From Desulfobacterales bacterium (GTDB lineage Bacteria > Desulfobacterota > Desulfobacteria > Desulfobacterales > JAUWMJ01): 25,130 nucleotides of DNA. Shown in pieces: positions 1 to 9,013 of this stretch (within the stretch, counting starts at the first letter, position 1; each line of letters starts with the position of its first letter). Position numbers and translations under genes: made by a program. The stretch spans positions 1 through 25,130 of the forward strand of contig JASJGP010000070.1 of the NCBI GenBank assembly GCA_033791485.1, in the 5' to 3' direction. The notes beneath the pieces are model-generated. The model was given only the letters and a program-made list of their open reading frames with translations, was not told the DNA's origin and made no database searches.

Positions 1-796
1 TGGCCAGAAGTGCCACAACCATTTGATAATGAGAGCCCAGATAGACAGCAGTCAGGATTTGGGCAAAGCCTATGAGAAAGGCGGCCAGGATTGCTCCTAT
101 CCAGCTTCCCAGCCCGCCTACAATACAAACGGAAATGGCCAGGATCAGGACATTATAACCCGATTCCACCACTATGTTTCCTAAGGGGAGAAGAAGAATT
201 GCTGCAAGGGCTGCCAGCATCGAACCGAAACCCATGGCCACGACAGCCATAAGATCCGAATCGATTCCAAGCATCATGGCAGCCCGCTCGTCTTGGGCCA
301 TTCCCTTAAGAGCCAGGCCGACCCTGGTGTAACGGGTGAAAAGCCACAGGCACACGACCACGGCTCCTCCAATACCCACCACCAGCAGTCGCTGGTAATC
401 TACGGGGATATCGGCAATGGTCACACTCCCTTCAATAAAGGGAGGCAAGGTATAATTCATCCCCTTGAAACCGCCCCACCTCAACCCTTCAAGGATTGCC
501 AGCCCGATGGCGTAAGAAGCGATGATTTCAGAGATCTCCATCCCGCGAACGCGAATCAGTACAAACTGATAAATCAAAGCCCCGATTACAGCGGTGGCGA
601 TCATGGCAAGGATAATACTGAGCAGGTAATTGAGCCCCAGGGAGTTGAGAAAAACCCAGGTCACAAAACCGCTAAGAATGTACAGCGAACCGTGAGCAAA
701 ATTAGGCAGCCGGCTGACGCCGTAAACCATGGCAAAACCCAGGGCGTACAGCGCCAGGGCCACACTGTTGATCGTACCGTAAATCAGGATATCCAT
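1..796 (-). CDS. livH: Branched-chain amino acid ABC transporter permease (LivH-like), runs off the left edge
   Basis: Not in the ORF track because it has no stop in the window. Manual translation from ATG at 796 gives MDILIYGTINSVALALYALGFAMVYGVSRLPNFAHG, with the LivH NFAHG motif and hydrophobic helices. It starts 3 bp after the binding-protein stop. Confidence 0.88.
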   Translation of the reverse strand, partial: MDILIYGTINSVALALYALGFAMVYGVSRLPNFAHGSLYILSGFVTWVFLNSLGLNYLLSIILAMIATAVIGALIYQFVLIRVRGMEISEIIASYAIGLAILEGLRWGGFKGMNYTLPPFIEGSVTIADIPVDYQRLLVVGIGGAVVVCLWLFTRYTRVGLALKGMAQDERAAMMLGIDSDLMAVVAMGFGSMLAALAAILLLPLGNIVVESGYNVLILAISVCIVGGLGSWIGAILAAFLIGFAQILTAVYLGSHYQMVVALLA

Positions 797-799
797 ATT

Positions 800-2071
800 C
801 TATTTTTTCATCCAAGGTGGAAGCTGGATGCTACCGACCGCGATGCTTTTGGGATACACTACAACGCGGTTTCCGTTCTGCCACTGCAAAATACTGCCCA
901 CAGCACCATCTTTAGGATCGGCTGCGGGAATAACCTGGTGACTCTTGGGATCGAACCGAAGCCGCCCGTAAACTCCCATGACATCGGTTTTTTCCAGTTC
1001 TGTGACTACCTTGTCGGAATCGAGACTTCCGGCACGTTCGATGGCATCTTTCAATACATGGATCGCCATGTAACTGCTGGACGTACCCAGGCCTTCCGGT
1101 TCAACTCCCCACCGTTTGGCATAGGCGTTATAAAATTTCATGGTCCACGGGGTGGCATTGGAGGGGGCATTACCCGCATTCACGACGTTACACAGAGTGT
1201 ATTCACCCTTGCCTTTAGTGGCTTTCCAGAAACCGGGTTGTTCGGCGGCTGCCAGGGTGGAGCCGAAGGGAAGTGCTGGAATCTTCATATCATACCATTG
1301 TTTCAACAAAATGGCGCTTTCAGGCATGTCCATCCAGATATTGATAATTTCGCTTTTGGTCTTTTTGGCTTTCAAGAGCCCCATGGAGAAATCGGTCGCC
1401 CCGGTAGGGTATATTTCCACTCCTGTGACGTTCCATCCTTTTTTAGTCGCCACTTTTTTCATAACAGCTGCCGCACCACGAGCATGGGAAACATCCTGGG
1501 CGATAATAAACAGATTGTTGAATCCGTATTTCTCTTTGAGTTCGCCAAAATTGGCGAACATTTCGCCCACGAGCTGTTTGGCCTCACCGTGGATACGAAA
1601 GCAAAACTTAAACTTGTCATACTGCTTTGCCACCATAGCATGATATTTGGGAGTCAGCACACCGGTGGTAACGATGGAAACTTTTTTGTATTTAGACAGA
1701 AGGGACATGGCTGCCAGAGCCGCTTCTGAGCGAACCGGTCCGCCTACAAGAAAGTCGGCTTTTTTGTCCAGAATAAGCTTCTCTACAGCTAACAGGGCTT
1801 CGCTCACTGGAACGCCGGGTTCCAGATCCCTGGTATCTATTACCTCTACCGTAAATGGGAGTTTTTGCCCACCGACATTGACGCCCCCCTTCGCGTTGAT
1901 CTCTTCCACGGCCAGTTTTACACCCCTTTCCGCATCCCATCCATACAGGTATGCAGTCGATAACGGACATCCTATAATAATCGATTTTTTTGCCAGCGCA
2001 CTGTTTGCAGTCAAAATAAACAGAACCGATACAAGCAGGATAAATAATAATTTTAAGCTTTTAATCTTCAT
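800..2071 (-). CDS. ABC transporter substrate-binding protein, LivK/LivJ-like (periplasmic binding protein type 1)
   Basis: N-terminal signal peptide, GVKLAVEEINAKGG motif, YPTGATDFS segment and C-terminal GVYGRLRFD. AGGAGG RBS upstream; adjacent to livH. The ligand cannot be determined. Confidence 0.9.
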   Translation of the reverse strand: MKIKSLKLLFILLVSVLFILTANSALAKKSIIIGCPLSTAYLYGWDAERGVKLAVEEINAKGGVNVGGQKLPFTVEVIDTRDLEPGVPVSEALLAVEKLILDKKADFLVGGPVRSEAALAAMSLLSKYKKVSIVTTGVLTPKYHAMVAKQYDKFKFCFRIHGEAKQLVGEMFANFGELKEKYGFNNLFIIAQDVSHARGAAAVMKKVATKKGWNVTGVEIYPTGATDFSMGLLKAKKTKSEIINIWMDMPESAILLKQWYDMKIPALPFGSTLAAAEQPGFWKATKGKGEYTLCNVVNAGNAPSNATPWTMKFYNAYAKRWGVEPEGLGTSSSYMAIHVLKDAIERAGSLDSDKVVTELEKTDVMGVYGRLRFDPKSHQVIPAADPKDGAVGSILQWQNGNRVVVYPKSIAVGSIQLPPWMKK

Positions 2072-2338
2072 GTGAATACCTCCTTTGCTTTAATAAAATG
2101 TGGGTTTGGGAGTACCTTTTGTTAATGAATTGATTGATGGAAAAAAATAGTCATTTATAAAAAGTGTCTATGCATAAAACTATAGGTGCAAGACGGGAAA
2201 TGAAATAGCTGTAGTGACCTAAATAACGTTAATTATTAAGAAGATTGTTTATTTATTATACTGGAATTGAGCTGTGGTCAAGGAAAAAACAGATTATGCA
2301 CAGCTAAGAAATACCAGCATCACAATTTAGGTTATTGC

Positions 2339-2680
2339 TTATTTTTTCTTCAGATCCTTAATAGAAATAACCTTAGCGCCGGCGTTATCTCCGGATTTTA
2401 TTTTTTTGTCTGTCGGCATATCCGTATTGTCCGGTTCAATTGGATCTTTTGGAACTATAACCTCTTCCAGTCGCATTTTCTTTCCATTCATTGTAAATTC
2501 GCTGCCGCTTATATAAATATCTTTCAATATCCATGTGACAACCTGAACCGGAATTTGAAGAATAAGGAGCTTAATGTGGTACCAGTCTGGTTTTGAATCA
2601 GCCAGAATATCTTCTATTCTAGCGAAAGCAAGAGGTTTATCTTCAAGATATATAAGCACAATATCGTTTTCTTTAGCCAT
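2339..2680 (-). CDS. Hypothetical protein (113 aa)
   Basis: Clean ATG ORF with beta-rich, protein-like composition filling the gap between livK and the lactonase. No family recognised. Confidence 0.75.
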   Translation of the reverse strand: MAKENDIVLIYLEDKPLAFARIEDILADSKPDWYHIKLLILQIPVQVVTWILKDIYISGSEFTMNGKKMRLEEVIVPKDPIEPDNTDMPTDKKIKSGDNAGAKVISIKDLKKK

Positions 2681-2753
2681 GTTGCTAAAATCCTTTTTTC
2701 TAAGTTGATTTTCTAAAAAATTTCATTAACTTCTTGTCAATCTATCATTTTCC

Positions 2754-2905
2754 GTAACTAAGGTGGATAGGCTGAAGACTGTTAGGAAAAAGCGCATTTT
2801 AAAGCCATGTTTAATGCAAAAATCACATTCCGTCAAAGTTCGGCAATCGTGCTTTTCTGCCCCCTTCAGCCTAAACAACTTCAGCCTGACTACGTGAGTA
2901 GTTAC
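2754..2905. mobile_element. Miniature inverted-repeat element, GTAA...TTAC family (IS66-like ends)
   Basis: Ends GTAACTA / TAGTTAC. Flanks CATTTTCC (2746-2753) and TATTTTCC (2906-2913) match at 7 of 8. Internal AGGCTGAAG (2769-2777) is inverted against CTTCAGCCT (2864-2872, 2879-2887). Confidence 0.65.
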
Positions 2906-2959
2906 TATTTTCCTTTTTACACATGTTAGGACTTATGTAAAGTTTTGAAAATCAGGCTA

Positions 2960-2989
2960 TTGCGTTTTTTTATATGATAGTGGTATAAT
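2960..2989 (+). promoter_or_regulatory. Putative sigma70 promoter for the lactonase gene
   Basis: TTGCGT-N18-TATAAT with an extended -10 TG (TGGTATAAT). Confidence 0.5.
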
Positions 2990-3054
2990 ATTAAATCTTG
3001 AATTGTTTCAACCTTTATGTCATCCTCAGTTTTTTTTAATGCAGGAGGCAAATC

Positions 3055-3801
3055 TTGAGTCTATATAAGATACACCCCATTGTAATGGGAACCAAGGTTT
3101 TTGACAAAGGGATGATGACATACCAGCATGACTATGGAAAGCCATATACCATACCCATTTACTCATGGTATCTCGAAGGCGGCGATAAGAAAATCCTTGT
3201 GGATACCGGAGAAATGAGTCCGATACAATCTGAAGATAGAGAAAAATCGATCGGAGGAAAGATTTATACATTTGAAGAAGGACTCAGTCACTGGAATTTG
3301 TCCCCGGAGGAAATCGATATCGTAATACACACGCATCTGCACAACGATCATTGTGAAAATGATTATAAATGTGTTAATGCCAAATTGTACATACATGAAA
3401 AAGAACTGGAATGTATCCACAATCCGCACCCGCTCGATTTCCGGTACCTCGAAGATTATATCGAGGATGTAGAACAAAATGATCAAATTAAAATCGTGTC
3501 CGAAGATTCGGAAATTCTGCCGGGCATTAGTGTTCTGCATACGCCTGTACATACAAAAGGGGGATTAACTGTACTTGTGGATACTTCTGGTGGGAAAGCA
3601 GCCATAACAGGTTTTTGTGTGATCAGGGAAAACTTTTTCCCACCAAAAGAGATAAAGGCAATGGAAATGGAAGTTATTCCGCCGGGAACACCGGTTAATA
3701 CATATGAAGCCTATGATATCATGCTAAAGGTTAAAGATATTGCCGATATACTGATCCCGCTTCATGAACCGGGATTTGCATCTGTTGATACTGTGGCTTA
3801 A
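3055..3801 (+). CDS. Metallo-beta-lactamase-fold hydrolase, N-acyl homoserine lactonase (AiiA/AttM)-like family
   Basis: HTHLHNDH (HxHxDH) motif, ILVDTG, HTPVHTKG and C-terminal IPLHEP. TTG start preceded by GGAGG. Confidence 0.85.
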   Translation: MSLYKIHPIVMGTKVFDKGMMTYQHDYGKPYTIPIYSWYLEGGDKKILVDTGEMSPIQSEDREKSIGGKIYTFEEGLSHWNLSPEEIDIVIHTHLHNDHCENDYKCVNAKLYIHEKELECIHNPHPLDFRYLEDYIEDVEQNDQIKIVSEDSEILPGISVLHTPVHTKGGLTVLVDTSGGKAAITGFCVIRENFFPPKEIKAMEMEVIPPGTPVNTYEAYDIMLKVKDIADILIPLHEPGFASVDTVA

Positions 3802-3804
3802 TCC

Positions 3805-3824
3805 GCACTCAGACGCCTGAGTGC
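3805..3824. other. Perfect 8-bp stem hairpin just after the lactonase stop
   Basis: GCACTCAG-ACGC-CTGAGTGC. It is followed by an A-run rather than a T-run, so a terminator role is uncertain. Confidence 0.4.
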
Positions 3825-3901
3825 CGAAGAGAAAAAAAAGGTGTTTTAGGCCGCAAGACTCATTAATATGTCTTTTATGCAAATCTATAAATGCAAAAAT
3901 T

Positions 3902-4033
3902 GAAGCACTCATAGAAAGTCCCAATTTGACCTTATCTGTCATTCCTGCGAAAGTAGGAATCCAGTGATTTTAAATAGCTATGGGCTCCCGCTTGTACGGG
4001 AGTGATGCGATTTTTATTTTTTACAAGACTATC
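3902..4033. mobile_element. Decayed miniature element (TCGTAAAAAG-end family) carrying two REP/dRS3-like hairpins
   Basis: Left end GAAGCACTCATAGAAAGTC; right end TTTTTTACAAGACTATC. Inside are ATTCCT-GCGAAAGT-AGGAAT (3941-3960) and CTCCCG-CTTGTA-CGGGAG (3985-4002). AAAATT flanks both sides. Confidence 0.6.
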
Positions 4034-4081
4034 AAAATTGAGATATAAATTTTTTAATTTAAACCCTGAAGGAGAACAAAA

Positions 4082-4648
4082 ATGAAAACAAATACCATTT
4101 TTCTGAAAATTTCTATCATTCTCCTTGTTTCCATGCTCGTTTTGGGAGTAAACAACACCCTGTCTGCAAACCAGAAAAAAGTTGATAAAGCACCGGATGA
4201 AAACAAGATCGCCGCAGAAAAGGCCCCTGTTGCTATAAAAAAAGATGCTGTAGAAGAAGGAAAACTGGAAAAGGACCAAAGAGAACAAAAAAATGATTCC
4301 GCATACTGGTATGACATGGCAATACTCTGTTCGGTTTACGGAAACGACAAGAATGCGATTAAGTATTTCGATAAAGTCATTAAGCTGGAACCTGAAAATA
4401 GCAGAGCTTATTTTCATCGTGGTGTGTCATACGGTGAGATTGGTCAGTACGAAAAAAGCCTGTCTTCCATAAATAAGGCCATTGACCTTGATCCGGAGAA
4501 AGGTCTTTTTTATTATGGCAGAGGAAGGGTTTGCCTGTTGTCAGGTGATAAAGAAAAGGCGATAGAAGATTTTAAACAGGCAGCGACTATGGGAAACCTT
4601 GATGCGCAAAATTACCTGAAGAACGTTGCCATGGTTGAGTGGGAATAA
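4082..4648 (+). CDS. Secreted or membrane-anchored tetratricopeptide repeat protein
   Basis: Hydrophobic N-terminus, charged linker, then about 3 TPR motifs (AIKYFDKVIKLEPENSRAYFHRG, SINKAIDLDPEKGLFYYGRG). GAAGGAG RBS. Confidence 0.88.
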   Translation: MKTNTIFLKISIILLVSMLVLGVNNTLSANQKKVDKAPDENKIAAEKAPVAIKKDAVEEGKLEKDQREQKNDSAYWYDMAILCSVYGNDKNAIKYFDKVIKLEPENSRAYFHRGVSYGEIGQYEKSLSSINKAIDLDPEKGLFYYGRGRVCLLSGDKEKAIEDFKQAATMGNLDAQNYLKNVAMVEWE

Positions 4649-4660
4649 TACTGGTTTAGT

Positions 4661-7174
4661 ATGAGTCTGAAGCTTAAAAAAATTTTATTTTCCAACTGGC
4701 TGATTTGCACTATTCTTACCCTGCTTGTTATAGGGGGGATGCTGCTTGAATTTCATCCCATGCAGTTTCTGGAATACAAGGCCTATGATTTTCTTACCGG
4801 CCTTCGAAAACGGGAAACCAGCAGCCAGATTGTACTCGTAAAAATTGACAATAAAAGCATAAAAGATATCGGCTCCTGGCCATGGCCCCGCTCTTATATT
4901 GCCGATGTGATCAGTCGTCTTTCAAAGTTTAGTCCTAAAGCATTTGGCCTGCATCTTTTATATCCAAGCCAGGAAATAAATCCAGGACTTAAGGAAATTA
5001 TTGATGTCAGAGAAAGGCTTAAAAATGATCCATCCCTGAAAAAAAAGAAAAGCCGACTTAAAATTGACCGGATTCTGGCTGAAGCTGAAAAACGACTTGA
5101 GCATGATAATAAATTTACTGCAGCTGTAAATCACGCTGTCAACATAGTTTTGCCTCTGCGATTTAACATGGGCCCTATAAATAACGATGATGGCTCCAAA
5201 TTACCAGGCATTTTAATCATTAATTCCCTCGATTTCAGCAAGAACAAGGTAAGCCCGGCAAAACACCCCTATACTTTTGATGATAAGACTATTGTCGCTA
5301 ATGAAGTTACAACGACTTTCAATCAATTGGCAAGAAAGGCGGGTGCACTGGGACATATCAATCAGACTATCGACTCTGATGTCGAAGTCAGAAGATCACC
5401 ACTTTTTATCAAATATAAAGAAAGATATTTCCCTTCCATTGGCCTTCAACTCGCTGCAAAATATGCAGGGGTGGATATTAACGAAATAAAACCGAATGAC
5501 GACGGACTGAGACTTGAAAACATTGAAATCCCTACTGACGGATATTACCGGATGTTTATCGATTATGGCGGACAGGGACAAAAAATTGCCAGTTACTCAT
5601 TTTCAGATGTTTTCAACGGCAAAGTCCCTGAAAAGGCCTTTCGTGATAAAATCGTTCTCCTTGGAGTCACCTCTGGAGATATAGTTCCTCTGTTTAAAAC
5701 AACAGTAAATAGCGACGCTTCCAGAGTCGAAATTTGCGCAACTGTTGTTGAGAATATTATTAACAGAAAACATTTCTCCAGGCCCGCCTGGGGCTTTGCA
5801 ATGGAAACTATGGTCGTTCTTTATTTCGGTCTGTTTCTTATATTTGTTATTCCCAAGGTGAATCCAAGGGATGGCGGGTTAATACTGAGTATTTTTTTAT
5901 TTACCTGGATTGGATTTGCCGTTGTTCTTTTTATGGTATTCGGTTACTGGCTTAAAGTACTTTCCCCTATCTTTGTGGCTTTCATCGGTTTTTTTCTAAC
6001 AGGATATAAAAGATTTGCCGAGGAAAAACAGCATGAAAGTATGGAATTAAACAAAATGCTGGGGCTGTCATTTCAGAAAAAAGGTGTACTCGATTTTGCC
6101 TTTGAAAAATTTATCTTATGTCCTGTTGAAAACAAAGCAGTAAGGAGCCTGCTTTATGATCTCGGCCTCGATTTTGAACGAAAAAGGATGTTTAAAAAAG
6201 CACTTGATGTTTATAAACATATGCTTAAAGCAGGCAAATTCAAAGATATTACTAAACGAATAAAAACTCTTGAAGGTTTTGGCGAGACAGCCATATTTGC
6301 CCCCGGTTCAACCATGCAGCAAGAAACTCTGTTGCTTAATGGCGCTACGACTAAACCTACCCTGGGGCGCTATGAGATCATTAAGGAACTTGGTCAAGGT
6401 GCAATGGGTACGGTCTATCTTGGCATGGATCCTAAAATCAACAGGGAAGTGGCTATTAAAACCTTAAAATACACAGATGTGGATGCCGACAAACTGGCTG
6501 AAGTTAAAACGCGATTTTTTCGTGAGGCAGAGGCTGCAGGAAAGCTTTCTCATACAAAAATAGTTACCATTTTTGATGTTGGGGAAGAATATGATATGGC
6601 CTACATGGCCATGGAGTTTCTCAAAGGAAAGGATCTGTCCCAATATTGCAGTAAAAATAAATTACTCCGGCCTAAGCAAGTACTAAAAATTGTTTTGTCA
6701 GTGGCCGAAGCCCTGGATTATGCTCACCGCAATGGAGTTGTTCATAGAGATATAAAACCTGACAACATTATCCTTTTGCAAAACCACAGGGTAAAGGTGG
6801 CTGATTTTGGCATTGCCCGTGTTATGACTGCTTCAAAAACCCAGACAGGGGTTATTCTTGGTACTCCCAATTACATGTCACCTGAACAGGTTGCAGGAGC
6901 AAATGTGGATGGCCGCAGTGATCTTTTTTCTCTCGGCGTAGTTCTTTATGAGTTGTTGACCGGGGAAAAACCTTTTAAAGGTGATAACCTTACAAATCTT
7001 ATGTATGCCATTTCAAATGTTTCCTACAAGCCATTGTTGGAAATTAAACCGAATCTTCCATCCTGCCTGGAACCAATTCTCAAAAAGTCGCTGACAAAAA
7101 CTGTAAAGAAGCGATTTAAATCTGCTGCTGAAATGGGCAAACAAATCCGACTGTGTTTCAATATGATTAAATAA
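4661..7174 (+). CDS. CHASE2-domain transmembrane Hanks-type Ser/Thr protein kinase
   Basis: N-terminal TM helix, CHASE2 hallmarks (IVLVKIDNKSI..IGSWPWPRS; DKIVLLG) and 3 TM helices. The kinase domain is intact: LGQGAMG, VAIK, HRDIKPDN, DFG, GTPNYMSPE. Confidence 0.93.
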   Translation: MSLKLKKILFSNWLICTILTLLVIGGMLLEFHPMQFLEYKAYDFLTGLRKRETSSQIVLVKIDNKSIKDIGSWPWPRSYIADVISRLSKFSPKAFGLHLLYPSQEINPGLKEIIDVRERLKNDPSLKKKKSRLKIDRILAEAEKRLEHDNKFTAAVNHAVNIVLPLRFNMGPINNDDGSKLPGILIINSLDFSKNKVSPAKHPYTFDDKTIVANEVTTTFNQLARKAGALGHINQTIDSDVEVRRSPLFIKYKERYFPSIGLQLAAKYAGVDINEIKPNDDGLRLENIEIPTDGYYRMFIDYGGQGQKIASYSFSDVFNGKVPEKAFRDKIVLLGVTSGDIVPLFKTTVNSDASRVEICATVVENIINRKHFSRPAWGFAMETMVVLYFGLFLIFVIPKVNPRDGGLILSIFLFTWIGFAVVLFMVFGYWLKVLSPIFVAFIGFFLTGYKRFAEEKQHESMELNKMLGLSFQKKGVLDFAFEKFILCPVENKAVRSLLYDLGLDFERKRMFKKALDVYKHMLKAGKFKDITKRIKTLEGFGETAIFAPGSTMQQETLLLNGATTKPTLGRYEIIKELGQGAMGTVYLGMDPKINREVAIKTLKYTDVDADKLAEVKTRFFREAEAAGKLSHTKIVTIFDVGEEYDMAYMAMEFLKGKDLSQYCSKNKLLRPKQVLKIVLSVAEALDYAHRNGVVHRDIKPDNIILLQNHRVKVADFGIARVMTASKTQTGVILGTPNYMSPEQVAGANVDGRSDLFSLGVVLYELLTGEKPFKGDNLTNLMYAISNVSYKPLLEIKPNLPSCLEPILKKSLTKTVKKRFKSAAEMGKQIRLCFNMIK

Positions 7175-7229
7175 GCAATAAAAAGTGATTCTTTGAATGC
7201 TTTGCGGCGATGAAAATAAATCATTAATT

Positions 7230-7295
7230 GTAGCCGTTTTCGGCTTGAAATTTGAAATTGGAAAGTAGAAATTTCAACGTTCCGTGAACGCTTAC
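7230..7295. mobile_element. 66-bp miniature element, GTAA...TTAC family, with perfect 8-bp target site duplication
   Basis: Ends GTAGCCGTTTTCGG / CCGTGAACGCTTAC (10 of 14 complementary). CATTAATT at 7222-7229 and 7296-7303. Interior is 7-bp tandem units. Confidence 0.75.
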
Positions 7296-7313
7296 CATTA
7301 ATTAAAGTCTGCC

Positions 7314-8963
7314 ATGAAAATAGCAATAGCACAAATTAACCCGGTAATCGGCGATTTTAAACATAATTGCCGCCGGATAAAATACTATGCAGACAAAGCA
7401 AGGGCGCTTTCATGTGACCTGGTTGTCTTTTCCGAACTTACTGTTTCAGGATATCCTCCCAAAGATCTTCTTGAAAAGGACGATTTTGTTGACACAAACA
7501 TAGCATATTTAAATGACCTTGTATCCTCCATAAGCGGCATAGGCGTTATTTGCGGTTTTGTTGATAAAAACCCTGATGACGAGGGAAACAGGCTTTTTAA
7601 CTCTGCCGTTCTTTTTGAAAACGGCAAAATCCTGCATAAGGTTAACAAACGGCTCTTGCCGACTTATGACATATTTGACGAAAGGCGTTATTTTGAACCC
7701 GGCAAGGAAATCGTAAGTTTTCCATATAAGGAACGCAGGATAGGGCTGACAATTTGTGAAGATGTATGGAACGACAAAGATGCAATAAAAAAAAGAGTGT
7801 ATCACTTAAATCCTGTATTATTGATGATTGAAGATGGCGCTGATCTGATAATAAATATATCAGCATCTCCTTTTCATGTCGGTAAAAGAGAGTTAAGATG
7901 GGATATACTTGGATCTATTGCGAAAAAGTACGATATTCCTCTGGTTTTTGCAAACCAGGTGGGAGGAAATGACAGCGTTCTGTTCGATGGAATAAGCGCT
8001 GCTTTTAATCGAAATGGAAAGATAGCAACACATGCCAAAGATTTTACGGAAGATCTTGTAGTATTTGACTTAAAAAAGTCTGAGCCTGATGAGCAGAATC
8101 TGCATGCAGTTGCAGGCCCGGATACGGAATCCATACTAAAAGCTCTTATTATGGGGACACACGACTATGTGACAAAATGCGGTTTTAAAAAAGTTGTCGT
8201 TGGTTTAAGCGGAGGAATAGATTCAGCATTAACGACGTATATTGCGGCCATGGCTCTGGGAAAAGAAAATGTTTCAACAGTCTTTATGCCGTCACAATAT
8301 ACTTCTAAAGATAATTATGAAGATACAAAAAAACTTGCAAAAAACCTTGGAATAGGACTTGTAACAATTCCGATTGACGGCATGTTTAAACTGTTTTTGG
8401 AATATACTTCACCTTCTTTCAAGAAAAGTGAGCCGGGCATCGTCGAGCAGAATATACAGGCAAGAATCAGAGGCACTATTCTAATGGCCATGTCCAACAG
8501 GGAAGGCAGTATTCTTCTTTCCACCGGTAACAAATCCGAACTTGCGGTCGGATATTGTACCCTTTATGGCGACATGAACGGAGGGTTGGCAGTAATTTCG
8601 GATGTACCCAAGACCGTTGTTTATAACCTCGCCCGTTTTATAAATGCTGAAAAAGAATATATTCCGTCCAGAATTATTACAAAAGTACCTTCTGCCGAAC
8701 TCAAACCCGACCAGTCAGACCAGGATGACCTGCCGCCCTATGAAATTTTAGATTCCATATTAAAAGGATATATCGAAGAATTTAAAGGTGCTGACGAACT
8801 TGTTAAGATGGGATTTAACAGGGATATGGTTGAAGATGTTATATCAAGGATTGACAGGAACGAATACAAAAGGCACCAGGCAGCACCCGGTCTTAAGGTG
8901 ACGTCAAAAGCGTTCGGTTACGGTAGGCGGTATCCGCTGGCGCAAAGATACACACAAAAATAA
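7314..8963 (+). CDS. nadE: Glutamine-dependent NAD+ synthetase
   Basis: N-terminal nitrilase/glutaminase domain with the E-K-C triad (FSEL, NKRLLP, ICEDVW). Synthetase domain has GLSGGIDS, NIQARIRG, GNKSE and PSAEL. Confidence 0.96.
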   Translation: MKIAIAQINPVIGDFKHNCRRIKYYADKARALSCDLVVFSELTVSGYPPKDLLEKDDFVDTNIAYLNDLVSSISGIGVICGFVDKNPDDEGNRLFNSAVLFENGKILHKVNKRLLPTYDIFDERRYFEPGKEIVSFPYKERRIGLTICEDVWNDKDAIKKRVYHLNPVLLMIEDGADLIINISASPFHVGKRELRWDILGSIAKKYDIPLVFANQVGGNDSVLFDGISAAFNRNGKIATHAKDFTEDLVVFDLKKSEPDEQNLHAVAGPDTESILKALIMGTHDYVTKCGFKKVVVGLSGGIDSALTTYIAAMALGKENVSTVFMPSQYTSKDNYEDTKKLAKNLGIGLVTIPIDGMFKLFLEYTSPSFKKSEPGIVEQNIQARIRGTILMAMSNREGSILLSTGNKSELAVGYCTLYGDMNGGLAVISDVPKTVVYNLARFINAEKEYIPSRIITKVPSAELKPDQSDQDDLPPYEILDSILKGYIEEFKGADELVKMGFNRDMVEDVISRIDRNEYKRHQAAPGLKVTSKAFGYGRRYPLAQRYTQK

Positions 8964-9013
8964 CGAGGCTAAAACACAGCTTTTTATTCTAAGCTGAATA
9001 AAGAGAGGAAACC

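Noticed and set aside
293-1729. 478-aa plus-strand ORF
   Set aside because: It is fully antisense to livK and livH, has no recognisable motifs and no RBS, and fits a shadow frame in a GC-richer stretch.
2171-2190. NtrC-like site TGCA...TGCA upstream of livK
   Set aside because: The spacing is 12 nt between the TGCA half-sites rather than the canonical 9.
3932-4417. 161-aa minus-strand ORF
   Set aside because: It is antisense to the TPR gene, and its tail is simply the translated hairpin repeat.
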